A stretch of DNA of 63,914 nt from Rhina ancylostomus (GCA_030265395.1 JARFYF010000094.1:68166280-68230193); one strand, 5' to 3'. Positions 26,501-39,215 are shown, numbered from the stretch's first letter. Notes: generated by a model from the letters alone, not told the origin. Numbers and translations are program-made.

Positions 26501-29297
26501 CTTCAATCCTCTAAGAGTTGACCCTTCCCCTGGCTCTGATCCTCTGGTGGCTTCCTGCTGTCCCCAGTGAGCTCCAATTGCCAGCTCTCTATCTTCCTCC
26601 CTTCTCCACTACTGTCTGAGTCCCCAGACTCAACTTCAGTCCCGAATGGTAAATTTGTTCATTCTGCAGCATGCAAGGTCCAAGGGAAGAATTGTAAGTG
26701 CGCATGTAACATGAAAGTGTGACATAGTTTAACAGTAGCTGAGGCTGTGGGCCAATATGTCCATCAACATCCAGTTTATGACCAAGTGATCACAGTTCAC
26801 TCAAACCATTTTGCAAAAAGGAAATGAACTGATGAGCAAATCACTGCTAACTCTATCAAAGGAAGCTGCAGAAATAGAATTGCATTAAGCTAATCTGAAA
26901 GTATCTTTTCAGATAATTCAGAATGAGAAGTAAAACTGGCTTTGGTTATCATGTTAACTTTTGTTACAGAGCACTAAATCTTTTTCTGTGATCAAGAATT
27001 TATTTTCCTTCTCTCCGGACGACAGGAAGATAAATGGCCACATGACCATCGACACCACTCTGGGACCTCACCAAGTGAGCCTGCTTCATGTGAGAATCTG
27101 TCCAAATGAGTGCCAGCTGGTTAATCAACTGAGGGGATCATTGCAGCTGGGTGCAATGATATCCCTGCACACATATCATAATCCCATGGGATCTTCCCTT
27201 ACCTCACAATGCTTTTCCTTGGAGCCATGTTGCCTTGGGCTGCAACTCTCGGATGAAGAAGTTGGTACTTTTGTTTCTGAAAAATAATTTCTCTGTCCTC
27301 ACTCCCAGTCGGAGAACCATTGTGACAATAAGTAACAAGGGTTTGGCAATATTAATTTGTTTCTGACTGTTTAGTATTAATTGGACAGCTAATTAGTAAT
27401 TAGACTGTCCAATCAGCTTTTGACCAGAAAATTAGATATTTTACATGGTATAGTTCTTCTTCATTCTGCCCTGGTGCACTGAATCCAACCCCACAACAAA
27501 CGACATGGAATCTGAAGCCAGAATAATCTGCACTATTTGTGCTTGATCAGGTCTGTGTTCATTGTGACACAGAGATGAAATACAGAATGTTTAGCTCAGC
27601 ATTTTAAAGGCAAAATTCACGCACTGCCATTCTTTCCTTGCTTGAGATCAAAAGTGTTGGTTGCCAGAATAAAGTTAGTGAAAAAAAAATTGTTCCAATC
27701 AAGTTTCTGCCCTAGACCTAGGCCATCAAGCCTTTGATGTAACTGCTAAAAGCAGGTGGAACCCTCAGTCATATATTAAATCAGGCTTCCATATCTTCTT
27801 CACGGGCATAATGAAATTTTGGGCACCCAACTGATGGAGCTGTAGAAACCTGTATCCAAAATATGAAGATAAACTTAAAACAACACCTAGAAATTCTTGT
27901 GCAAGCAACCAATGCAGAGGATAGCCCACCACTGCAGAATTGAGTATCACTCAATATCCAAGGCTTTCAGCAAAACTAATGAGCATTGCTGTTTTTGTAA
28001 TTGAAAATATGCCACTGAGGTGACAAAGTAGGGGAAGGGCAACAGGAGAGAGTGCTGTTGATCAAAGGTTGGGGGTTCCTGGAACAAAAGAAGAAATGGT
28101 GGGTGTGCTGGGAGCAGTGAGGAATTAGAGGGTTAGAACCCTTTTCTGCAGGGTATGGGGTTGGGAGTGAGATCGTGGGATGGTGATAGTGGGGGAGTGC
28201 TGGTGTCATGTGAGGGGTAGGGCCCACAGGATCAACATTAGGTATCGGACACCTGATAAGAAAACCAATCCATACCATAGTTTTAAAATCTTGGTGCCCA
28301 GGAAGGCCCCAACAATGGTGGCTTGTGGGTGAAAGTGATCTAAGTTTCCCTGCAATATTCCAAAAGGACCACAGCATGAGGAATATTACCATGTATACTG
28401 TTTACTCTGTGAACTTCGTGCGAATGAGGAATTTCATTGCACCTTGCTGTATATGACATCTGAAATTTGAAATACCATCCAATGCTTGATTGACTAGGGA
28501 ATCGTGTGAGAAGGCAAGGGTGCATCACTCTGGGAAGTGCCCTATTAAGAATTTTGGATGTACAATCCAGAATAATGACTCCAGACTATGAATACCAGCC
28601 CTCTCTCCTTCACTCTTCCCAACTGTGGTTATTGCACTTATTTATTGGAAGCTATATTACGCTATCTAAAACATTAACACAGGTTGATTTTCATTTTGTG
28701 TAAACTTCAGCCAACTAGTGTGGGAACTAACCCCATTGTCTGCTGGAACTCCAGTCTATCTTTACGATTAGCTATCATTGAAAGAAAATCATGGAGTTGC
28801 TGGAGCTAAACAAATGCTGATTCAAAATAGTGATCATCAGATGAAATACTGGACGTCATCATAAAATAATGATCTTAGCTTTATCTAAAAGCTCATGAAT
28901 TTAGAGTAACAATTCTGTTCACAGTGCAAAACCAGCCCCAGGCATAGCACATACGCAAATGGAAAATGAGTCAAAAAGTGCGCACATAAAAGTAGCTATT
29001 TTAGTAGCTGCAAAATCAGTGTTCAAATGAACAGAGCCATAATATATTCGTGTTCTATTTACATCTCCATTTCTCTTTTTATAAAGCACTTCTATTTTCA
29101 ATCTTTGTACAATGTCATCAAATAATTACCAGTGAAATAATGTGCCATCTTTCTAAATGGATTTAGATAAATACTTGGAAAGGAAAATTTTGGATGGGTA
29201 TGGGGAAAGAACAGGGATTGTGACAAAGTGTATAGCACTTTCAAAGAAGGAGCTGTGGGCTAGTGGGCTGAAAGGGCACTTCTCTGCTGTATAATTC

Positions 29298-29612
29298 TGC
29301 ACACGTACACACATACAACATGCACATAACATACACACCTACTTACAACATACATACAAAATTTACCCAACACGCACATACCCACACATGACATATACAA
29401 CTCATACACATACCACCTATATCACATACACAAATGTGACTCACACACACACATACCATACCCCAGAAACACGCAGAAAACCTTACGTGCATACACTCCC
29501 TGTGCATGCAGGCATTACACATACTCCATGCATACACACATGCTCCCATCACGCACACACAGATCCATGCACATATGCCAAATACACAGACACTAACACA
29601 CACACACACAGG
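29298..29612. repeat. Degenerate CA-rich simple repeat next to a CR1 3' UTR remnant
   Basis: Imperfect (CA/TA)n run directly after a CR1-tail-like gggctgaaagggcacttctctgctgtataattct. Confidence 0.85.
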
Positions 29613-29742
29613 TCCCGATAACATTGCATGTGTACAATGGCTAAATCAAAGGCTTCTTCAAAGTATTTCAATCTCCAATACAACTTCATCCAGTCCAGCT
29701 TAACTTATGCTCCACTAATGACTGACTCAAAGTCTTACCCAC

Positions 29743-29864
29743 CTGCTCCAGTTTCCAATGGAATTCAGCTGGACGGAATGTGTCAACTTGGTCAAAATCT
29801 CTACGAAGCAAGAACACCAGCCGGCAGTTGTGGACATACAGTGCGTAATGATGGCGATTCATTT
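29743..29864 (-). CDS. CLSTN2: Calsyntenin-2 coding exon (exon 8 equivalent), LNS domain
   Basis: 122 nt, ttttgccttcag| ... |gtgggt. EMNRHHYALYVHNCRLVFLLRRDFDQVDTFRPAEFHWKLEQ. Confidence 0.97.
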
Positions 29865-29947
29865 CTGAAGGCAAAAGTAGAATTGGTTAACAAGAATCCT
29901 GCACTGCTAAAATTGTTATCATACCTCTTATACTGACCAATATGTGT

Positions 29948-30470
29948 TGGAACAAAAATAGAAGATGTTGGAAATGCTCAGCAAGACTGTCAGTCCCTGT
30001 GGAGAGAGAAACAGAGTTACTGATGTGAACTGTGCTGCTTGTGAGCCAGCAGTTCCACAGAGAACTGCCAGTTGGCTGCAGTGTGAGGGTCAGCTTGTTC
30101 CTGATGCCCATGGCTATCCACTGCAATGTGGAAGTCACGAACAAGCTGGAGATCCAGCACTACCACCGTCAGGTCCAGAGTTAGGGCTCAAATATACTGA
30201 ACTGAGGGGAAAGATGTAATTCATATCCAGCTTCTCAACAGACCGTGCACAATGGGGACATTGACTTGAAGTAAAAAGGTAAGTGCAGATAAGCAATAAA
30301 AACAGTAAAAGTGCTAGAAACACTCAGCAGGTCAGGTTGTGGAAAGAGAAACAGTGTTAATATTCCAGGTCAGAGACCCTTTGGTCAGAAATGAAAAAAA
30401 GGTGAAAGAATGCGTTTGGTGTTTTCAGCATTTTCTGTTTTTAGTTCAGATTTCCAGCATCTGAATATTT
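29948..30470. repeat. Penelope-derived pLTR hairpin fragments
   Basis: atgttggaaatgctcagc...tgtggagagagaaacagagtta (29965), gtgctagaaacactcagcaggtcagg (30310) and the inverted arm cagcattttctgtttttagttcagatttccagcatctg (30427). Confidence 0.7.
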
Positions 30471-30707
30471 TTTTTAAGTGCAGTTGTGGTTTGTTTACTT
30501 ATTTAATATTTTTAATTAATTTGTGACTTCAGTGCATTTTAAATGATTTATTTTGTAGTATTTCAGTTCAATCCAACATTTTTTTTTCCTTTTTGAATTC
30601 TCTAAATCTATTTCAATTGTCTTCAATATTCCTGACTTTCAGAAACATTTAAAAAAGCTTTTGCCAGCAGTGCACTTCCTGGATCACTCCAGGCATGGTA
30701 GTGTAGT

Positions 30708-30984
30708 GGGCAGGCACGGTAGTGTAGCGGTTAGTGTAACACTCTACAGCGCCAGTGACCCGGGTTCAAATCTGGCCACTGTCTGTACGTTCTCCCCGTG
30801 TCTATGTGGGGTTCCTTCCACATTCCAAAGATGTACCGGTTAGGAAGTTGCAGGCATGCTGTGTTGGTGCCGGAACCATGGCGACACTTGCTGGCTGCTC
30901 CCAGAACACTGTGCAAAAAGATGCATTTCACTGTGTGTTTCGATGTACCATGTGACCAATAACGATATCTTAAATCTTAAATCG
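30708..30984 (+). mobile_element. tRNA-derived SINE (V-SINE-like head, non-CR1 tail)
   Basis: A box ggtagtgtagcggttag, B box gggttcaaatc, short V-domain, tail gcatttcactgtgtgtttcgatgtaccatgtgaccaataacgatatcttaaatcttaaatc. Confidence 0.8.
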
Positions 30985-32528
30985 TGCGATGGCCACAGCA
31001 GCAAAACTGGAGGTCATTGGGAGATAGAGGGTCACAAAATATAAAAGTGTGGCTGTGAGAATAGTGTGGGGAGGGAGCTCAAGGAGTGAAGCAGATCAAA
31101 CATCGTCCAGCCCAATGCCTCAGTTCCAAGATCTACCACCAGTTCCAAAGAAAGACCATCAAACTGAAATAGTAAAACCATTTTTTCTCTCAACAGATAC
31201 TGCCCAGCCTGCTCAGTATCTCCTGCATTTTCTGTTTTTACTACAGTATCTTGATTTTGCATGAATGATTGGCAGGTGCAACATGTGGACTTTCTAGGAT
31301 CAGCACTACTTCCGGTATTGAATCAACTTAATGAAATGTAAACATTTTAATTATTATCAACATTACGGGGTGAAAGGGAAATTCCTTATCTGTGGGATGT
31401 AGGAGAATGAAAGACATATTCAAAATTGATCAAATACATGGCAGTGGATTGCTTACTAAAAATGATTAAAGGAAAAGGTGCAAGATAACTTGATCATCAT
31501 AATGTAAACTGTGTAAAATTTTTGCTTTGTTTGGGTTGTGATAGATCACAAGGCAGAAAAGGGAGGTAAGGACAGAATATTGTAATGTTGGCTGCTTATT
31601 ATGGGTCAACTGGTTCAAAAGAAAATTGGACGGACAAAAACCATTAAAGTTTTGTGGCATTTTCTTTAGGCTCAGAGATTTTACATAGGATGATGAGAAC
31701 TAAATCTGTTGCCACTGTATCAACAGTACTTTGCATTAAGCACACAATGTTAACAGTTGCTGCTATGTAAAAATTAAACATTGAAGCCACTAATTACTGC
31801 CAACGACTGAGCTGCAAGCATCTCTATAGAATTGTGCTATTCAATTTACAATAAGCTTGAATTACCTACACTGTAGATGGCTACTGACCAACATTCCTTT
31901 CACAATCTGAAGCTTTACAATAGCTTAAAGATATACACAGTCTGTATATATTGTGTGCACATACAATCAACCNNNNNNNCCTCAAGATACATTTTAAAAA
32001 ATGGGAAGGTAGCAGGAGGAGTCAATGCACGGGGCATTCTAATTCTACACTCAAAAAAGGAGAAGGAATAGATATTACATGCAAAAACCCAAATGCTATC
32101 ATGGGAAAGATTTTTTTTTACTGCTTCAGGAGTTTATTCAGCAGTTTAGATTCAGAGTCACGCAAGAGCATTATTCTATACTGATATCTCAGGTGCTCCT
32201 TGTTCTGATAGGCATTGATATTTTATGTTTTTAATTTGGACATTGAGCTTATTTTTAACCCATGAAAGGAAAAGGTATAAATCCAGCATGCCTGTACAAC
32301 TATCTGAATAGGGACCGTGTGGAACTTATCCTGAAAACATGGCTGTATTTCTCCAATACAGATTTAAAACATAAACTTCAGGCAATCAATATTGGCAAAT
32401 AAATAGGTTTTAGATAAGATCAGGATCAGTTTGACCTGATATTATCTCTATAAATGAAATATTAGATTGACATAGGTCCTACATTCAACAACTGGCAACA
32501 CATTTAGCTTGAATCACACGTATTCCAC

Positions 32529-32786
32529 CTGTTTTATCTGAATTGCAGAGAATAGTTTCTTTCTCTGCTCTCACTCCTGAACTAGGTCCATGCCTCATCC
32601 ACGTTGTGATGGTAAATTGATCGGAGAGATTTTTCAACATCACCCCATCTGGAATCTTCGCAGCATGTTTGCCATCAAATTTAAAGATCAAGTCACTGTC
32701 ATGTCCATTGTCCATCAGAAGACTAGAGGTCCAGTTTGATAAACCATAGGGTGCTGGGAGCAAGTCAATGCTCTCTGAAGAAGCAC
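32529..32786 (-). CDS. CLSTN2: Calsyntenin-2 coding exon (exon 7 equivalent), start of LNS/LamG domain
   Basis: 258 nt, tctccag| ... |gtggaa. ASSESIDLLPAPYGLSNWTSSLLMDNGHDSDLIFKFDGKHAAKIPDGVMLKNLSDQFTITTWMRHGPSSGVRAEKETILCNSDKT; the GPS.GVRAEKETILCNSDKT segment is CLSTN2-type. Confidence 0.95.
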
Positions 32787-35200
32787 CTGGAGATTGAAGA
32801 GAAAGAAAAGAGACTTAGCCATTCAGTGGTCAATTTGAAGTTAATGAGTTTACCTTCAAGGATATAAGTACTATAAAGATGACCTGAGATTCCAGAAAGC
32901 TGCATGATTTAATTTGTAGATTAATGGACATAAAATATTATATGAGATGTGATAATGAAATTGCAACAGCAGATTAGTGCATGGAGCAATGTTTTGAGTT
33001 CATAAAATTATTACATATTTGTCATGTTTTTGTATGTGCACAACTTATCTAGAATTCAGATGCATTAATGTCGCATTCACGATTGAAACCATGCCAAATG
33101 TTGTCATCAACAGAATTATAATGCTCACACTACTGAACACATTAGTGCAATAAATAGCTAGTGCACTTGAATTTTTAGATTGCCAGAGCCTCACATTACC
33201 AAGGTAATGTGAAGATGGTAAAGTATTTTTGCAATGAGAATCACAGAATCACAGAAATAATAACAAAAGATAAAGGCTAAATGGGTAATACTTAAAATTT
33301 CACCTTATTTGTAGCCCTGAAGTTGGTTTAAGATATGCATTTCTATCACAGGCATACAAACGTTTCCAGAAAAGTAATAGTTTATTAACCCCTTCATCTC
33401 CCAAATTACAATGCTTTTACTATCCTGATGAGGATCACTTTCCTGCATTACACAGGAACTGGGTTTTCCTTGTCTCCCTGTTAACTTTTTTCATTACATT
33501 TTCTGAGATCACAAGCTTTGGTAGATATACTTAAATTAGTAAAATATACACTTCAGTAGCAACATTCCCATAAAGAGAGTTTCATCAGGAATCAGTAGAG
33601 AGTGACTGGACTTTCTTTCTTTGCTCATATCCTCTATCCATTTGTTGAGAATAGTTTTAGCACCAAGATGCCACTCCATGTGTGACTGATCAGTTCAATA
33701 GCAGGGTATCAAACTGCAGCATTTTATGTGATACATTATATTTTGCTGGTGTAATTTCAAATTATGAAAAAAAAACTTTGTTGAAAGGGAAAGAATTTGA
33801 ATTTACAGTACTTTTGTCTTCACAACTGCCATATTATATAACCCTGTTTGCTCTTAATATTTGGCAAGTTACCACCAATGTATAATAATTGATGGCAATC
33901 TTTTAAAATCACAGATTTCAGATAGTTACATAAGTAGCACTATGCTGCTTATTTTTAAGTGAATCCAGTGGTCATTTAAATCACAGTCTTATTTTTGGAA
34001 CTGATTAAATAGATTTGCAACCAAACCTTTGTCCAATAGAGAGTGAAATAAATTCTTATGGTATGTTCAATACATACAAGTAGTATGGAAGATGGCTGGT
34101 ATGTTTATGTTTAATCAGGACCATGGATCTAATTAGCTGAACTGATATATTATGCACCGAGAAAGTTGTGGTTTATTCATGCATAAAGTTATAAACTTGC
34201 AATAGTCACACCAACATAATCTCAACAATCACCTCATGTTGTAAAAAATAAAATCTAGTGCACAATGATTGTGTGGCTTCAGACATCCATATTTCACATT
34301 TAACCAAATTATTAATCTGCACAGGACTCAAGTGTCATGTTGATTTGCTCATATCATTGAGTGGGCCTTGAAACCTTAACCTTTGATTGAATAACATTTG
34401 CGCCAACTGATACTCATGCATTTTCTTGTGATTATAGTCGTTTACTCTTGCTATCATTCTATTGAAACGAGATTGCTTTTTCACTGTTTGTTATATATAT
34501 TTTTCTTTCAATAGAACACCACCTGATTTTTCTCCATATGTTAGCTACCACATCCACCCCTCTCAGAACACCATTCACCCTTTGTCCCAAAGATCTGTAA
34601 TCACACTTGTAAGTTTTATATGCATCAATATTGAATATGTGGATGGGTGGAAGAACCTCTAAAAGCATTGGCCTGGAAATTTGGGGTAAGAATGCATGCA
34701 TTTTGGATTGGACCTCTATATCAACACTCTGTATTGCATAATGTTACAGCAAAGGATTTAAGAAAAGTCAGCCTCTCAATCAGTGTCAAGGTGCATCATT
34801 TCTTGATTTGGATCAGGGCAATAGGGATACAATTGGCCATAGAGAGGGGGCTGTGGATACTAATGATGGGATCGATCGGAGGGAGGGAGGGTCATCTCCC
34901 AAAAAAAGACTGGGAGTGAGGTGTAAATATAAATATTAAAAATATATCTATCTTCTGGGAGATTGATGCACCAGGCAAAGTCCCCTCTTAGCTACACAGA
35001 ACAGGCATCAACTATTTAATGAAGGTGAGTTTCTGTACAAGTCGGCCACACTGCTTACTAGCAATGCATGGCTAAGTTAATTTTGCACAAATCAGATTAA
35101 AATATATATCACATGCTGTTTGACATCATTTGTAACATCGATATGCCTCTGAGTGTAAATGGTTCATGTGCTTGATTGCTCTGGCTCCAATTGACCAATT

Positions 35201-35308
35201 GAAAAGCAAAATCAGTACAGGTGCTAGAAATCTGACATAAAGATCAAAAACCAGTGAGGATACTCAGCAGGTCAGGCAGCATGACTAGACGAAGAAACAG
35301 AATTAATG
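35201..35308. repeat. Left half of a Penelope-derived hairpin insertion
   Basis: gatactcagcaggtcaggcagcat...gaaacagaattaatg, preceded by accaatt (35194-35200). Confidence 0.75.
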
Positions 35309-35500
35309 CCTGGAATGCGTTGCCTGATAGGGTGGTGGAGGCAAATTCATTGGGGGCTTTTAAGAGGGGCTTGGATGAGCACATGAATGAGGGGAAAATG
35401 GAGGGATATGGGCATTCTGTAGGTAGGAGGGATTAGCCATGTTGGCACAATATTGTGGGCTGAAGGGTCTGTTCTGTGCTGCACTGTTCTATGTTCTATG
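35305..35500 (+). mobile_element. CR1 3' end
   Basis: NAWNALPDRVVEANSLGAFKRGLDEHM plus 3' UTR ending ttctatgttctatg. Confidence 0.88.
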
Positions 35501-36074
35501 ACAACAATGCACTTGAACGTAAGTCACTTTCTGTCTTGGATGACATACAAAGTAATGTGGGCAGTGAGGGTGGAGATGGCTGCTGGCTATTGCGGAGCTG
35601 TATCAGGGTCACCAAACTCTGGGGGAACAGAGGAGGAGAAAAAGGTGTCGCAACCAGACTGGGTGACACCTCCCGTCAGACCAGCACACCCACTAATGCC
35701 TTGTGCAGACAGCAAGTGCACCAGGAGCAGGTACTTTGCTGAATGAACATGTCAGGACAGGAGGACCTGGCGTACAGTGTGCTGACACAACGCTGAGGGC
35801 CAGGCACAGGCTTCTCTGCAGATGACATCATGCGGAGACAACTGAGACAAAATTAACCCTCTCAGAGCCAGTGACAAATGAAAGAGTTTTCCCACTTGTC
35901 TGGGCAGAGATTTGGTTGTTCTGAACATGTCACAGTCAGAACATTTGAACTGGATAAGGTTGCACTGACCAACGTAAGTGACAAGTATTTTAATATAAGG
36001 TATTTTTCACTGTGAACTGACGATACCACAGTGGAGGGGCCTTTGCTGCACTTGACTAGTGAAGGGTTTTCATC

Positions 36075-36620
36075 AGGTAAAGTGCGACTAATTCTGGTCG
36101 CCCCCTTACAGGAAGAATGTGGAGGCTCTGGAGAGGGTGCAGAAGAGGTTCACCAGGATGCTGCCTGGGTTAGAGGGCATGAGCTAGAAGGAGCGGCTGG
36201 GCAAATTTGGCTTGTTTTCTCTGGAGCGGTGGAAACTGATGTGAGGCCTGATAGAAGTTTATAGAATTCTGAGAGGCATTGGTAGAGTAGACGGCTAGTA
36301 TATTTTCCCAGGGTCGAAATGTCTAATACTATATACTGAGGGCATGTATTATAGTGAGAGGGGGAAAGTTCAAAGGAGATTTGCAGGGCAGGTTTTTTTA
36401 CACAGTAAGTGGTGGGTGCCTGCAATGTGCTGCCAGGGATGGTGGTGGAGGCAGATATGACAGAGGTGTTTAAAAGGCTCATAGATAGGCACATGAATGT
36501 GCAGAGCATGGAGGGATATGGACCACGTGAAGGCAGAAGGGATTGGGATTCATTAGCTTAATTAGCTCAGCACAGACCTCATGGGCCAAAGGGCTGCACT
36601 GTTCTGTGCTTAATGTGTCT
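36075..36620 (+). mobile_element. CR1 3' fragment
   Basis: ttctggtcgcccc...ctggagagggtgcagaagaggttcaccaggatgctgcctgg...gtgagagggggaaagttcaaaggagat, plus 3' UTR. Confidence 0.85.
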
Positions 36621-37093
36621 CTTGGTCGTGACTCTCTGCTGCAACAATGCAGGCCTGAGCAACTGCGAGGTCACTGCAATTTCTGTTGCATTTTTATGTA
36701 AAGTGATGTGAATGAGGGTTTGGGTGAGGCTTCTTGGTGTAGGACCAGGTACGACCTCCAGGATGGGTTGATGATTGACGAGGTTAGAGCCTTGTACGTA
36801 ACAGCCTATCTCAGTGCCAAGCATCCATCATCTTGTATAGAAACAGGGGTGGATCAGACCCTCAGTCCCAGTAAACTGCACATCACCCTGAGCTTCCCTC
36901 CAGCTCAGCCCAGAGCCTCTTGGGGAGCTGACACAATGGGTCTGACTGTAGTAAGGCCCCACCCCCAGCCTCACCAGCCATCAATGCTCTCACTGTTGTG
37001 TACATTCTGAATCATGTGAGACCTGCTAAAAACAAAAATATTGTTGTAAAGAGTAAAATTATTAAAGTTAGTAAAAAGATGGAAAGCACAAAT

Positions 37094-37094
<1 letters not shown>

Positions 37095-37132
<38 letters not shown>

Positions 37133-37202
37133 TCACACACAAATGCTCACATACACACAGATATACACACATCTATACACGCATCTATGTGTTCACACAC
37201 AC
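37095..37202. repeat. (AC)n microsatellite with degenerate extension
   Basis: Perfect AC run of about 32 nt from 37095, then imperfect. Confidence 0.95.
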
Positions 37203-37419
37203 AATTAAACTAACTAATTAACTCAAATAAAACTCAAATCTACTCTGCTAAGACCCGGTGAGGTAGATGCTGGGGTTCTGCTGAATGGAAGCCTGGACTT
37301 CAGCCCATAGTGTGGATGATCCCAGTCATGACCTTTCCTTCTGGCAGATCCATGTGGATCTAAGCAGAAGAACTCCCTCAGTATTTAACCCTCAATCAAT
37401 ATCAGAAAGATGCATTAGC

Positions 37420-37583
37420 TGGCCATGAGTACATTGCTCTTTGTGGGAGCTTGCTGTAGATGAACCACTTGTGGTTTTCCTAATTGACCAAAAACTGGAC
37501 TTCAAATAAAGCAAATTGTTGGCTGTAAACTGATTAGGGATATTCTGAAGTTGTGCAAGGTTCTTGATAAATGCAAGTCTTTC
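37420..37583 (+). mobile_element. Deu-domain/L2-tailed SINE remnant (SacSINE1/AmnSINE-like)
   Basis: cattgctctttgtgggagcttgctgt...ttggctgtaaac...gggatattctgaagttgtgcaagg...ataaatgcaagtctttc. Confidence 0.55.
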
Positions 37584-38504
37584 AGAGCAAGGAGGCAGTC
37601 TTCTAAAGCATGTTTGCCTGGCTGTACAATCAGTCCACAGCCATAATGGATGTGTCACTGATAATTTTTGAAAGGAAAATACTTCTGGCAAAATATTACA
37701 TGTGGATCCCAACAAGAAATTAAGCTTTCCTTAATTCATAATGGAAATTCTTGAGACACTCTGTCAGAGAAAGGACAGGTTAACAGTAAATTCTGTTCCA
37801 AAATACAAAATTTACCCTGACAATGTTTCCAGTGCCTATTACACATTTCCAGTAGTTCCTGGAGTGGTCTGACAGAGAAGAGGGCCAATGTCCTCATCTT
37901 CTTGGGAAACATTGCCACTCAGTGGTGAACATTAGGGAGTGCATCACCCTTGGCATTTGTGCAGATTGCAGATTTGTGGCTGAGGCTTTCTGCCAGGGAG
38001 TTTGAGAACTTCATTGGGGATACTGTCCTCTCCCAAGGCCTTGTAATTTAGTAGGACTGTGGCCTTTGACTTGGAAGCTTTTGGTGAAATCAAGGAGGAC
38101 TTCTATTCCTATCAGAATCTGAAGGGAGAAAACCCAAGATACCCAGAAATCCAGTAAACACAACCCTGTGTTGGACAGGGAGAATGCACCCACTGACTGC
38201 GATAATGTGTGTGGGTTCTCCAGTGCTGTAAAGGTCATTGACAATTCAAAGACCCAAGGGCACAGCCCATGAGAGTCAAGCACAGAGGTGAACTTACCAA
38301 GCACTGAGAGGCAGAGTGTGCAACACTCTGAAGACCACCTTAGCTGTGACATGAGTGCCCTTGACTCCATTCCACTGCAGCCTATTCAATCCAGTCTTGC
38401 TGCCACTTCAGTGCAACAATACTCTTAATGTATTTATGAAGTTAACACAGTATTGAACAGATGTATTCTTTATCAGCCTGATTGAAACAGCAATAATCTC
38501 TCAT

Positions 38505-38803
38505 TAGATACAAGATATTTATTAGTCAAATGTACATCAAAACACAGTGAAATACGTCTTTTGTGTTATTGAGAATGTGCTGGGGCAGCCTGCAAGTGTC
38601 GCCACACTTCCAGCGCCAACACAGCATGCCCACAACTTCCTAACCCGTACGTCTTTGGAATGTGGAGGAGACCTGAGCACCCAGAGGAAACCCAAGCAGA
38701 TAGGGAGAACATACAAACTCCTTACAGGCAGCGGCAGGAATTGAACCCAGGTCACTGGTGCTGTAATAGTGTTACGCTAACCGCTATGCTACTATGCTGC
38801 TCC
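38505..38803 (-). mobile_element. tRNA-derived SINE, same family as 30708-30984
   Basis: Reverse complement shares tagcggttagcgtaac, cctgggttcaattcc, ttaggaagttgtgggcatgctgtgttggcgctggaagtgtggcgacacttgc and the tttcactgtgttttgatgtaca tail. Confidence 0.82.
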
Positions 38804-39047
38804 TAAGGTATGACTCTTAGGCAACATGTCACAATGTTGAGCAAACTCAGAACCCAAATGCAGTACACCCATACAAGACTGGAGTCAGGATACTTCCTCA
38901 GGACAAACACAAGCAGCAACTGGAAGGAATCTTGCCTCAGAGATCAGNNNNNNNNNNNNNNNNNNNNNNNNNNNNNNNNNNNNNNNNNNNNNNNNNNNNN
39001 NNNNNNNNNNNNNNNNNNNNNNNNNNNNNNNNNNNNNNNNNNNNNNN

Positions 39048-39215
39048 TAGGGTGGTGGAGGCAAATTCATTGGGGGCTTTTAAGAGGGGCTTGGATGAGC
39101 ACATGAATGAGAGGAAAATGGAGGGATCTGGGCATGCTGTAGGCAGGAGGGATTAGCAATGTTGTCACAACATTGTGGGCCAAAGGGTCTGTTCTGTGCT
39201 GTACTGTTCTATGTT
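39048..39215 (+). mobile_element. CR1 3' end, near-identical to 35328-35495
   Basis: RVVEANSLGAFKRGLDEHM plus 3' UTR. Starts directly after the gap. Confidence 0.88.

Noticed and set aside
29343-29703. Cys/Val-rich and His/Thr-rich ORFs
   Set aside because: Translations of a CA-rich simple repeat.
30715-30780. tRNA gene-like A and B boxes
   Set aside because: Part of a SINE head continuing into SINE body and tail; no complete cloverleaf.
35530-35850. GC-richer stretch with a strong minus-strand acceptor-like tract, possibly an exon of another gene
   Set aside because: No recognisable protein in any frame and no matching donor. Retained only as part of the foreign-block finding.
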